The translations under genes and the position numbers were made by a program. From Cyanobacteria bacterium J06626_4 (GTDB lineage: Bacteria > Cyanobacteriota > Cyanobacteriia > Phormidesmidales > Phormidesmidaceae), in assembly GCA_038523235.1 (NCBI GenBank), contig JBCBJQ010000106.1, forward strand, positions 1 to 20,242: a stretch of DNA of 20,242 nucleotides, written 5' to 3'. Numbering within the stretch: the stretch's first letter is position 1; each line of letters opens with the position of its first letter. Of this stretch, positions 1-8,207 are shown in pieces. The notes under the pieces are model-generated. The model searched no databases. It saw nothing but the letters and a program-made list of their open reading frames with translations, and had not been told where the DNA came from.

Positions 1-427
1 GCAGTTGAACATGAAAGTTCGTTTCACCTAGTTGAGCAAACCCTAGACGTTTATAGAGGGCGATCGCGGGGTTGATTTTGAAAACTTGTAGCTCAACCGG
101 CAGGCTTTTTTCATCAGCCTGAGAAATGATATCGACAATCACTTGAGAGCCATAGCCTTGCCTTTGAAATTCAGGGTAGATTTCGATTTTTTCGAGATAA
201 AAGCGTTCAGGGTAAATCTTATAGATCACGACACCCACACGAATTTGATCGGTGCATATCCAGTGACCGTTCTCAGGGATAAAATTCTGGTTGAATAATT
301 GTCTTTGTCGATTATCTTCCCAGCCAAATATCTGCTCGACGTAAGGGCCTAAAGAAACTTTATGCAAATCAAAAAGACGGTCACAATCAGTCTCGACAAC
401 GGGTAAATAGGTGAGTGAGGTGCCCAT
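1..427 (-). CDS. GNAT-family N-acetyltransferase (3' end runs off the window)
   Basis: Hand translation from ATG at 427, open to position 1: MGTSLTYLPVVETDCDRLFDLHKVSLGPYVEQIFGWED...LEKIEIYPEFQRQGYGSQVI...VELQVFKINPAIALYKRLGF... It has the acetyl-CoA motif A (QRQGYG) and the C-terminal NPAIALYKRLGF motif. Not in the supplied ORF track. Confidence 0.9.
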   Translation of the reverse strand, partial: MGTSLTYLPVVETDCDRLFDLHKVSLGPYVEQIFGWEDNRQRQLFNQNFIPENGHWICTDQIRVGVVIYKIYPERFYLEKIEIYPEFQRQGYGSQVIVDIISQADEKSLPVELQVFKINPAIALYKRLGFAQLGETNFHVQL

Positions 428-525
428 GATTTATCGCCATGAATTGAGGGCAGGTGCCAGGCAATCATCAATACTTTCCATTGTGCTACTGTCAAGAAAA
501 ATTCTCAATAGAGTTGAGGTCAGTC

Positions 526-1143
526 ATGTTGAGGCCATTGACGCTTTGTCTAGGCACCGTGCTGGGCGTCTCACTGGGTAGCCTGCCCGCGATCGCCACC
601 CCTGATACGGAGGATGCGGCAGATGACGTGGTGATTGTCGAGTCCGTGGCCTTGGGCACTAACCCCGACTTGCCCTGGTCAGAAACGGTGCAAATCAATG
701 ATCCGTTTGAGGGCAGCTTTATCGGCGTCTTTGATCGACATTCCTTTTCCGATCGCATTCTCAACACTGATGTTCACGTTGAAGTGCAAAGCCTTTGGAC
801 CCAAGACTTTATTCGGGTTTTGTCGATCGTCCGCGATCGCGACTGCTTGAGCCAACCTTCCGGCGTGATTCCCGCTCGCAGCTGCTCGGAATTCAGTAAC
901 GCTAGAAACATCACTCAACTGTTTATCAAAATTGAGGATGACGTCTTTCAACTGGCTGGCCAGGGCAGCACGTTTGTTGTTGAAGATGATTTAGCCATTG
1001 CTCTGCAAAACGCCCCCGACGCGATCATCAGCATTCGTCTGGTCAGCGAAAGTGGCGAAACCATCGATAGTGAAATCGGTGAAGGCACCGTCACCGCCTG
1101 GGAAAGCGTCTATGGTTTAGAAGCGATCGCTGAGGCCCCATAG
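526..1143 (+). CDS. Hypothetical secreted/periplasmic acidic protein
   Basis: ATG at 526 gives a Sec-type signal (MLRPLTLCLGTVLGVSLGSLPAIA). The mature part is acidic with one Cys pair and the gene has three HIP1 sites. The track start at 454 (GTG) is less likely. Confidence 0.75.
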   Translation: MLRPLTLCLGTVLGVSLGSLPAIATPDTEDAADDVVIVESVALGTNPDLPWSETVQINDPFEGSFIGVFDRHSFSDRILNTDVHVEVQSLWTQDFIRVLSIVRDRDCLSQPSGVIPARSCSEFSNARNITQLFIKIEDDVFQLAGQGSTFVVEDDLAIALQNAPDAIISIRLVSESGETIDSEIGEGTVTAWESVYGLEAIAEAP

Positions 1144-1285
1144 CCTCGCCATCATCTCCCCGAACAGTCTGCGAATTATTGGGTTCAGGGTTCCAGGTTT
1201 TAGGTACAGAGGATAAGCAGAATTTGCATTGCGACGATACTTTCACTCTGGGGTTGAATTTCAGACTGTGTAAAAAGCAGAAGCC

Positions 1286-3250
1286 TCAATCGCCGCTGCG
1301 GTCGAAAAACCGCTGCTGAAACTCCAAGGAATTGCCTACGAATTTCATCTTTCCAGCTTCCAACAAAATCACCTGATCGGCGCGCGCTAGCACTGCGGCC
1401 CGGTGGGAGACTACCAGGCAGGTAGGGGAATGGGGGGATAGGGAGATGGGGGGATGGATGATTGCTGCATCTGGGCGGATGGGCGGGTCTTCCCTTCTCA
1501 TATCAAAGAGCCGCTGCCATAAACGGTGTTCGGTCTCAACATCTAATGCGCTGGAAAGATCATCAAAGACCAAGAGTTCAGGCTGACGGAGCAGCATGCG
1601 GGCGGCGGCAGTCCGTTGCTTTTGGCCGCCCGAAAGCCGAAATCCTCGGGTGCCAACAATGGTTTCAAGGCCATCGGGCATAGCAGCAATATCTTGCTCA
1701 AAGACGGCGGTGGAGATCGCCTGCTGCAGTTTTTCAGGAGTTTCTACATCTATCCCGAGCAGCAAATTGTCCCGCAGGGAAGTGCTGAACAACTGCGGAA
1801 TCTGAGGCGTATAAGCCGCCTGAGGAGGCACGAGAAAATCACCCGGTTCGGCGATTTCCTGCTCATTCCAATACAGCCGCCCGGCTTGCTGAGGCAGCAA
1901 CCCCAAAAGCACTCGCAGCAGCGTGGTTTTACCCGCACCGACTGGCCCAGTAATGACGGTCAGGCTACCGCGCTGGAGCGTCAAGCTAATGTCGGTGATG
2001 CCGTTTCGACTGTCCGGATAGTGGTAAGTCAAACTATCCACCCGTAATGTCTGCAGCGGTTCAGCCGGGACTAAGGGGGGCAGCGGCGGCAGTGGGGGTT
2101 GAGTGCCGAGAACGGGTTTGAGATGCAGGGGATGGGGGTATGTGAGAGGGTGGATGGGTGGATGGGCTTCGGCGTGAGCACTCGATTCGGCTGAGCTCAT
2201 CGTCGAAGCCAGCCGAACGGTGGATGAGTAAGTGGGTGGATGGGTAGGTGGGTTAGGGGCTGCTGCACTCTCGCTCTCCCACTCTCCGACAAGTCCGGCC
2301 ATGCGCTCAAACGACACTTCACTTTGTTTGGTGGTAGCGACAAAGCTACCTAAGAAGCCAAGAAAATAGGTAACGAAGGATAGATAATAGACGAACAGGG
2401 CAAAGTCACCAACGGTAAGCGTCGTCTGGGTGTTGACGCTTTGGGCGATGACGAGCAAAATCAGGCCCGTGCCCAAGTTGACGATGTTTTCAAAGCCGGA
2501 GTCGAGCAGGGCGCTGAAGACTTGGTCACGCACCATTTTTTGGCGGCGGCGATCGCACCTCTCCCGCAGTTCGGCCAACATTTGCGTCTCAGCTCCGGCC
2601 ACCTTGACGGCTTGGCAAGCGGTGAACATTTCGCTAACCAGACCGGTGACTTTTTGCGTGGCCTGGCGGCTATCGCGGCGATAGCGTTTGAGGCGGTGTT
2701 CGGCCTGGTGGACGAGGGCGGCGATCGCACACAACGGCAAAAATACCAGTAGCGTCAGGGTGGCATTCACGCTGAGCAGCAGGGCCACCGACGCGATCGC
2801 AAACACCCCAGCGGCCAAAATTTCGTTGGTGCTCACCACCACATCTTCAATTTGGAAGGCATCATCCCGAAAGTAGCTGAGGATCTCGCCCGGCGATGAG
2901 TTTTGACCGTTGGCTCCCCCAGTGGCTAATTCTGCTCCCGGACGCTTCAACAGTTCGGACAACAGGTTGTGGCGAATCAAGCCACTCATCAAAAACCGAT
3001 GCTGAGTTTTTGTTACACGTCCGATAAAAATTGCGACTATCCTGGCCAAGCCAATTGCCAGCAGCAGCCCAATCCATACCCATGGCGACGACCGCTGAGA
3101 GGGGGGCGTCAGGCTGTCAAAAAATTCACGAATCAACAGCCCCGGCACGGCGGGCAGCCCCAGAATCAACAGCCACAGCAAAGTATCGACCCAGTAAAGA
3201 CGCTGGGCATACCGGATCATTTGCCAGAGGAGGGCGTGGATGGAGGGCAT
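1286..3250 (-). CDS. Exporter-fold (type IV) ABC half-transporter, TMD+NBD, degenerate Walker B
   Basis: N-terminal TM helices; Walker A GPVGAGKTT, Q-loop TPQ, signature LSGGQ, Walker B LLVFDD (Asp for catalytic Glu), D-loop SALD, H-loop VSHR. Confidence 0.95.
   Translation of the reverse strand: MPSIHALLWQMIRYAQRLYWVDTLLWLLILGLPAVPGLLIREFFDSLTPPSQRSSPWVWIGLLLAIGLARIVAIFIGRVTKTQHRFLMSGLIRHNLLSELLKRPGAELATGGANGQNSSPGEILSYFRDDAFQIEDVVVSTNEILAAGVFAIASVALLLSVNATLTLLVFLPLCAIAALVHQAEHRLKRYRRDSRQATQKVTGLVSEMFTACQAVKVAGAETQMLAELRERCDRRRQKMVRDQVFSALLDSGFENIVNLGTGLILLVIAQSVNTQTTLTVGDFALFVYYLSFVTYFLGFLGSFVATTKQSEVSFERMAGLVGEWESESAAAPNPPTHPPTYSSTVRLASTMSSAESSAHAEAHPPIHPLTYPHPLHLKPVLGTQPPLPPLPPLVPAEPLQTLRVDSLTYHYPDSRNGITDISLTLQRGSLTVITGPVGAGKTTLLRVLLGLLPQQAGRLYWNEQEIAEPGDFLVPPQAAYTPQIPQLFSTSLRDNLLLGIDVETPEKLQQAISTAVFEQDIAAMPDGLETIVGTRGFRLSGGQKQRTAAARMLLRQPELLVFDDLSSALDVETEHRLWQRLFDMRREDPPIRPDAAIIHPPISLSPHSPTCLVVSHRAAVLARADQVILLEAGKMKFVGNSLEFQQRFFDRSGD
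1422..1461. repeat. Degenerate octamer tandem array inside the ABC NBD
   Basis: GTAGGGGA ATGGGGGG ATAGGGAG ATGGGGGG ATGGATGA, encoding part of IIHPPISLSPHSPT just before the H-loop strand. Confidence 0.6.
2150..2259. repeat. GTGGATGG-type octamer array interrupted by nested 27-bp palindromic elements (SDR-like)
   Basis: GTGGATGG x2, then a 54-bp insert at 2166-2219 (outer 27-mer with inner 27-mer at 2183-2209), then GTGGATGA GTAAGTGG GTGGATGG GTAGGTGG. In frame within the ABC TMD-NBD linker. Confidence 0.85.
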
Positions 3251-3314
3251 TAGAGCGAATGGGTAGAAGGGTGGGTGAGTATAGGGGGGCTAGATTTCAG
3301 GCGCTGGATACTAG

Positions 3315-3435
3315 ATTCAAAGGTTCAGGGTTCAAAATTCAAGGTTTCAGGATGCCCCCGGCACCGTTCTAAACATCCACCCATCCACTCTCTCACTCAT
3401 CCACTTATTCACCCTCTCACTCGCCCACTCTCCAC
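3315..3435. repeat. Intergenic STRR-like arrays (TTCAAGG-like heptamers, then CCATCCAC-like octamers)
   Basis: ttcaaagg ttcaggg ttcaaaa ttcaagg tttcagg, then catccac ccatccac tctctcac tcatccac ttattcac cctctcac tcgcccac tctccac. Similar heptamers occur at about 1181-1205. Confidence 0.7.
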
Positions 3436-3442
3436 AAGAGCC

Positions 3443-3477
3443 CTAGAAGGATTTTTTTGCTTGCTCAACGGAGTTTT
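3443..3477 (-). promoter_or_regulatory. Putative AraC-type direct-repeat operator (copy 1, upstream of ABC half 1286-3250)
   Basis: CTAGAAGGATTTTTTTGCTTGCTCAACGGAGTTTT aligns without gaps to the copies at 8173, 13222 and 17243. Confidence 0.6.
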
Positions 3478-3521
3478 TAGACTCCCATTAGAATTGAGAG
3501 AGCATGCGGCAGGCTTCAGCC

Positions 3522-4097
3522 ATGATGTCTCTTACCCTAGAACTTCAATCAGCAGATATTGACCTGAGTGATGAGCAGTTTTACCGGCTCTGTCAGGTCA
3601 ACCGCGACCTGCGGCTAGAGCGCACCGCTGAAGGAAAGTTAATCATCATGCCGCCGACAGGATGGGAAACAGGCAATCGAAATTTTAGAATTGCTCAGCA
3701 GTTGGGTAACTGGGCTGATACGGATGGAACAGGGATCGGATTTGACTCTTCCACAGGGTTTCGGCTATCAAACGGGGCGATTAGATCACCTGATGCTGCT
3801 TGGGTCAACCGCGACCGGCTGGCAGCGCTAAATCCTGACCCCGATAAATTTCTTCCCCTCTGCCCTGACTTTGCGATTGAGTTGAGATCGACCAGCGACA
3901 CTCTGGCTGCAGTGCAGGCCAATATGCGGGAATATCTGGAGAATAGCCTGCAGCTAGGCTGGCTGATCAATCCTCAAGATCAGCAGGTAGAGGTCTACCG
4001 CCTCAATCAGCCTGTTGAAGTACTAAATGCTCCCACAGAACTCTCGGCTGACTCAGTGCTGCCGGGCTTCACCTTAGACCTTACCAACATCTTCTAA
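3522..4097 (+). CDS. Uma2-family (PD-(D/E)XK) putative endonuclease
   Basis: Typical cyanobacterial Uma2 sequence: LRLERTAEGKLIIMPP, FDSSTGFRL, RSPDAAW, PDFAIELRS, LGWLINP. Alternative ATG at 3504; TAGAAT -10-like hexamer at 3489-3494. Confidence 0.93.
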   Translation: MMSLTLELQSADIDLSDEQFYRLCQVNRDLRLERTAEGKLIIMPPTGWETGNRNFRIAQQLGNWADTDGTGIGFDSSTGFRLSNGAIRSPDAAWVNRDRLAALNPDPDKFLPLCPDFAIELRSTSDTLAAVQANMREYLENSLQLGWLINPQDQQVEVYRLNQPVEVLNAPTELSADSVLPGFTLDLTNIF

Positions 4098-4129
4098 ACG
4101 TTCACTCGTCAACTCACCGATTCATCCAC

Positions 4130-4156
4130 CGTTCGGCTGAGCGCTCACGCCGAGGC
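4130..4156. repeat. 27-bp palindromic small dispersed repeat; possible terminator between convergent genes
   Basis: CGTTCGGCTGAGCGCTCACGCCGAGGC flanked by TCATCCAC/CCATCCAC. Its reverse complement matches the outer element at 2166-2219 at 25/27 positions. Core TCGGC-TGAGC|GCTCA-c-GCCGA is a one-bulge palindrome. Confidence 0.8.
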
Positions 4157-4167
4157 CCATCCACTGC

Positions 4168-4539
4168 TCATGGTGCAGGGGGAATGCGGGCGATCCGGCG
4201 AGGACGCAGTTGGGCAGGAAGCTTGTAAGCAGGTACCATGCCGTCTGCGCTATCGAGATACAGTTCGCTGGCGGTGAGCAGGTCGGCGGCACAGGCTGTA
4301 GGGTCTAGATCGCCAAAGAGGTAGGTGGGTTTGCCAGTGCCGACATAGGCAATGGTGCACGCCCGTTCGCCAATACACAAACAGGGGGTGGTCTCAATCG
4401 CCAACTCCTCTCTTCGAGGCCAGTGGTCATGCAGTTCCTGGAGCTGTTTGAGCAAGCGAGTACCCTCTGTCTCCCTGGAGGCATTCTCTTCAGCATCAGC
4501 GCCGCAGGCTTTGCAGACAACGAGAATATGCTTTGCCAT
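4168..4539 (-). CDS. DUF1636-like Cys-containing metal-binding protein (thioredoxin-like)
   Basis: HILVVCKAC, CLCIGERACTIA, KPTYLFGDL and C-terminal IARIPP match the DUF1636 pattern. Starts just after the stop of the binding-protein gene. Confidence 0.85.
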   Translation of the reverse strand: MAKHILVVCKACGADAEENASRETEGTRLLKQLQELHDHWPRREELAIETTPCLCIGERACTIAYVGTGKPTYLFGDLDPTACAADLLTASELYLDSADGMVPAYKLPAQLRPRRIARIPPAP

Positions 4540-4543
4540 ACCA

Positions 4544-5554
4544 TCAGTTCTCCTCGATCAGATACTTGAACAGGTCATCAATCACGGCGTTGGCCGCGAT
4601 CGGACCACTGCCCACCCAATGGTCTCCCACTTCGTAAACGTTGCCCTGCTGCACCGCCGCTAGTTTTGACCAGAGTGGATCGGCTTTGAGTTCGGCTAGC
4701 ACATCCTTGATCCGGTCGTCCCAACTGCCCACGATGATGAAGATGGCATCGGCATCGGCCTGCTCGAAAGATTCTTTAGTAATCGTGTACTGAATCGTAT
4801 CACCCGCTATGGCCACAGTCTCTGCCATGTTCAAGTCCTGAGACGGGGGACGCGGTAAGGCAACATCTTCCAAAACAGTGCCGATAAAGCCCACCTTTGT
4901 ATACAAGGTAATGCCGTCTGGAAAGAGTCGAACCACGGAGATGGTTGGTAATCGCCCCTCGTTCTGCGGGGGCAAATTAGCCATGATGGTTTGCTGAAAG
5001 GCTTGCGATCGCTCGTTATAAGCTGCCATCACTGCCTGGGCCTGCTCAGCGCGCCCCAAAGCGTCGGCAGTAAAGGTGAAAATCTCTTTCCACTCACCAC
5101 TGTGTTCAAACGGCACCAAAACGGTGGGGGCAATCTGAGCGGCTTGGCTGTAGACACTTTGCTGTTCTTCAAGCCCCAAAATTAAGTCCGGCGCTAACTG
5201 AAGTACCCGCTCTAAGTTGGGTGCATTGTAATCGCCTATGTTAGTACTATTCGAGAGCTGTTCAGCGAGTAGAAGTTCTGTAAATGCGAGGTTGACGGTC
5301 GCAATCGGTTGCAGCCCCAGAGCAACCGCATTTTCAAAAGATACTCCGTCGAGGGTGGCAATGCGCTCAGCCTGATAGGGAACACAGGTTTCTCCCACCG
5401 CATGAGCAACGGCAAAACAATTGGTATTGATGGTCGATGGGGGGCTTTCCTCAGCGCGATCGCCCTGGAAACAGCCTGATGAAATCACGGTAACCAGCAC
5501 GCCCAGCAGAAACCAAGTGAGCAGGCGAGAGGCTCTAACCCAAAGATGACCCAT
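4544..5554 (-). CDS. Iron-siderophore ABC substrate-binding lipoprotein (FhuD/FecB-like)
   Basis: Lipobox ISSG-C; HAVGETCVP, PNLERVLQLAPDLILG, QIAPTV, PLWSKLAAVQQGNVYEV. Confidence 0.95.
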   Translation of the reverse strand: MGHLWVRASRLLTWFLLGVLVTVISSGCFQGDRAEESPPSTINTNCFAVAHAVGETCVPYQAERIATLDGVSFENAVALGLQPIATVNLAFTELLLAEQLSNSTNIGDYNAPNLERVLQLAPDLILGLEEQQSVYSQAAQIAPTVLVPFEHSGEWKEIFTFTADALGRAEQAQAVMAAYNERSQAFQQTIMANLPPQNEGRLPTISVVRLFPDGITLYTKVGFIGTVLEDVALPRPPSQDLNMAETVAIAGDTIQYTITKESFEQADADAIFIIVGSWDDRIKDVLAELKADPLWSKLAAVQQGNVYEVGDHWVGSGPIAANAVIDDLFKYLIEEN

Positions 5555-5556
5555 GA

Positions 5557-8076
5557 CTAAAACTCGATGGAGAAAGATGCATTGACACTAAAGGGGGCTC
5601 CCACATTGACCGACGTTAAGCTTTCATAATTGGCCGATGTGAAATACTCAATATTAAACAAGTTTTCAAAGTTGAGCTGAGCCCGCCAATTATCGCGGCC
5701 ATAAAATAGCGCGGCATCGGTGCGGAAGTAGCTAGGCAAGGTAAACGTGTTCTCTAAATCTCCTTGTCTATCGCCAACATAAAAGAATCCCAGTCCCGCG
5801 CCGAGACCTTCATACTCCCCCGCTTGAATTTCGTAAGTGGTCCACAGGCTAAATTGATTTTCTGGCGTATCGGCGGGTCGATTGCCGACGATATCGGTGG
5901 TGTCTTCACTCACGAAAGCATCCAGGTAAGTGTAAGCCGCTGTGATATTCCAACCGGGTAGAATCTCTCCATTCAGATTGAGCTCAATGCCGCGACTGGT
6001 CACTTCCCCCGTCTGTATCGAAAAGAGGGGATCCTCTGGGTCTGGCGTATTAACGTTTTGCCGACGAATGTCAAAGGCAGCCAATGTCAGGCTGAGCTGG
6101 TCAGAGATATCGGCTTTGGCCCCCACCTCAAATTGACGCCCCTCCTCGGGTTCAAAGAAAGAACCATCGGCATTTACCAAGGTTGCAAATGAGGGCTCAA
6201 ATGAGGTGCTGTAAGAAGCGTAGAGCGATAGGGGCTGGATGGGCTGATAAACCAGACCGACTCTGGGGGTGAAGGCCTCATCTACGAGCTCAAACTCTTC
6301 TCGGGGGTCATCTTCATTTTGCGCTGTGCGGAACTGATCGACGGAGTCAAATCGTACGCCTAGCAGTAGCTTGAGCTCGGGCGTAAGGTCAATCTGGTCT
6401 TGGACGTAGGCACTCACCGTTTGTATGTTGGCTTCTCGAAAAAAGAAGGGATCGTCGCCGGAGCGCTGATTGGTATAGACCGGATCAAAGACGTTAATAG
6501 ATGGGCCAGGGCCAAATTGAAAATCTTGTCCTGAGTTTTCAGAACGGTACTCTAGTCCGACCAAAAGCTGATGCTGAACAGGGCCGGTATTAAAGCGACC
6601 CTGGACTTCAGCATTGGCAAAAAATCGATCAAAGGCATCGTCTGCGAATTCTTCATCGCGCATGAGCTCTCCCGTCGTGTCATCAAACGACGTAAACGCA
6701 AAGAGCAGAGAATCGCGGATAGCGTTGTATTCCAAGTATTCAGCGTTATGGCTGATGGACCAGTTGTCACTGAAGTTATGGTTTAAGCGATAGCCAATGC
6801 TGAACTGATCTTGAGTAAACTCGTCAATTTCATCGCCTAAGAACCGGCTGCGGGGCACATCGACCGGTTCCCCCTCGCTGGTAAAGGGAATACCCTGATC
6901 GGTGGTCTCGCGATCGTAGGTATATTGTCCGTACAGGTCTAACGAAGTATTGGGGCCGATATCCCAGGCCATCACAGGTGAGATTTGAAAGCTTTCACCG
7001 TTTACCACATCACGAAAGCTGCCAAAGTTTTCGTAAGATAGGTTCAGCCGGTAGCGGACGCTTCTATCTTCATTTAAAGGCCCCGATAGATCGAGCGCGC
7101 CGCGATAGGTACTGAAGCTTCCTACTGTGGCTGAAGCTTCATAGAATGGCTCACTCAGCGGTTGTTTGGTAACCAAGTTAATAATGCCCCCTGGAGATCC
7201 TTGTCCATATAAAACGGAGGCTGGACCTTTCAAGACTTCAACTCGTTCAATGTTGTTAGTGCTTAAAGGCGCAAAAGTAAACGCTTGAATGCCATCCCGG
7301 AAAACGTCTGCCTCAAATCCTCGAATTAGAAAGCCTGGCCCAAATAATCCCGTACTCCTGTTGCCATCCTCGACAACGCCGCCAGCCGTTTCCAATGCAT
7401 CCCCGAGTTCGACCACATTGCGATCTTCAAGCACTTGTTCAGGAATGACCTGAATGGATAAGGGAATATCGCTGAGAGGCGTATCGGTACCGGTGGCGGT
7501 GCTGGAATTAGATGGACTGTAGCCTTCATCATCTTCACCCGTCACCACGACCTGAATCGCGTCATCCTCGGCCCCAGCAACAGCCTCACCCAGTGTCACC
7601 GCCAAGCCCGTCGCCGTCACCTCAGCGACCGGTGGGGCATCAGTGCCGGTGATGCTGACCCGCACCTGATCTCCGGGTTCATTGGTGACACTCACCAAGG
7701 CAATGCCTGCTGCCGGTTCAAACTGCTCAAATGAGCCGCCCTCCGGCAGCGCCAGCACCGCATTGGGGATGTCGGCAATCAGGGCGTTGCCCACAATCTC
7801 TGTCGTAGGGGTGGCGAGTTCACCCTCAGCCGTTTCTAGTACGACCTGCAAACCGGCCTCCGTGGGCTCCAGGCGCACTGCGGTGATTTGCACGAGGGCA
7901 GATTCCACTTGGGCCATCCACTCGGCGACAGTGGTGGCAGGCTGCTCCGCGATTGCCGGACTCGTTTCCAGTGGCCTCGCTTGAGTTGATGCGGTTTCCG
8001 CTTCTGCCCCGGCAGGCAGTATTGGTACAGAAAGCAGGCTGGCGATCGCCAGCGTTTGCGACAGTCGATTCAGCAT
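5557..8076 (-). CDS. TonB-dependent siderophore receptor (FhuA-like) with N-terminal AMIN domain
   Basis: Signal peptide, AMIN-like segment, TonB box DAIQVVVTG, plug motif IERVEVLKGPASVLYGQGSPGGIINLVTK, barrel with NFENLFN and terminal Phe. Confidence 0.96.
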   Translation of the reverse strand: MLNRLSQTLAIASLLSVPILPAGAEAETASTQARPLETSPAIAEQPATTVAEWMAQVESALVQITAVRLEPTEAGLQVVLETAEGELATPTTEIVGNALIADIPNAVLALPEGGSFEQFEPAAGIALVSVTNEPGDQVRVSITGTDAPPVAEVTATGLAVTLGEAVAGAEDDAIQVVVTGEDDEGYSPSNSSTATGTDTPLSDIPLSIQVIPEQVLEDRNVVELGDALETAGGVVEDGNRSTGLFGPGFLIRGFEADVFRDGIQAFTFAPLSTNNIERVEVLKGPASVLYGQGSPGGIINLVTKQPLSEPFYEASATVGSFSTYRGALDLSGPLNEDRSVRYRLNLSYENFGSFRDVVNGESFQISPVMAWDIGPNTSLDLYGQYTYDRETTDQGIPFTSEGEPVDVPRSRFLGDEIDEFTQDQFSIGYRLNHNFSDNWSISHNAEYLEYNAIRDSLLFAFTSFDDTTGELMRDEEFADDAFDRFFANAEVQGRFNTGPVQHQLLVGLEYRSENSGQDFQFGPGPSINVFDPVYTNQRSGDDPFFFREANIQTVSAYVQDQIDLTPELKLLLGVRFDSVDQFRTAQNEDDPREEFELVDEAFTPRVGLVYQPIQPLSLYASYSTSFEPSFATLVNADGSFFEPEEGRQFEVGAKADISDQLSLTLAAFDIRRQNVNTPDPEDPLFSIQTGEVTSRGIELNLNGEILPGWNITAAYTYLDAFVSEDTTDIVGNRPADTPENQFSLWTTYEIQAGEYEGLGAGLGFFYVGDRQGDLENTFTLPSYFRTDAALFYGRDNWRAQLNFENLFNIEYFTSANYESLTSVNVGAPFSVNASFSIEF

Positions 8077-8124
8077 TCTTCCTCACACCCAGCGCGCAGC
8101 GCCCTTATTGCAACAAATTCTTGA

Positions 8125-8139
8125 TTGAGAGCTTATCAA
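8125..8139. promoter_or_regulatory. Possible Fur-box-like site upstream of receptor 1
   Basis: TTGAGAGCTTATCAA imperfect palindrome, adjacent to a minus-strand -10-like TACCTT (8139-8144). Two bp shorter than the other three boxes. Confidence 0.45.
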
Positions 8140-8172
8140 AGGTACTTGCTCTGAAATTGCCAGGGATGAATG

Positions 8173-8207
8173 CTGGGCGGAATCGTTTGAACGCTAGCCG
8201 GATTTTC
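8173..8207 (-). promoter_or_regulatory. Putative AraC-type direct-repeat operator (copy 2), overlapping the AraC stop codon
   Basis: CTGGGCGGAATCGTTTGAACGCTAGCCGGATTTTC; the half-site starting at 8194 is the reverse complement of AAA TCC GGC TAG (K-S-G-stop). Confidence 0.65.

Noticed and set aside
1..427. GNAT as a siderophore-biosynthesis or modifying enzyme
   Set aside because: Generic small GNAT, separated from the cluster by a divergent gene, with no Fur-like or repeat box seen; no NIS/NRPS genes in the window.
3031..3562. ORFs 3031-3372 and 3275-3562
   Set aside because: They translate the repeat arrays (SKFKV, HPLIHPLT) and overlap real genes.
5464..8041. HIP1-free stretch over receptor 1 as evidence of recent horizontal transfer
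   Set aside because: A similar gap occurs at about 2801-5004 and counts are small; not convincing without genome-wide statistics.
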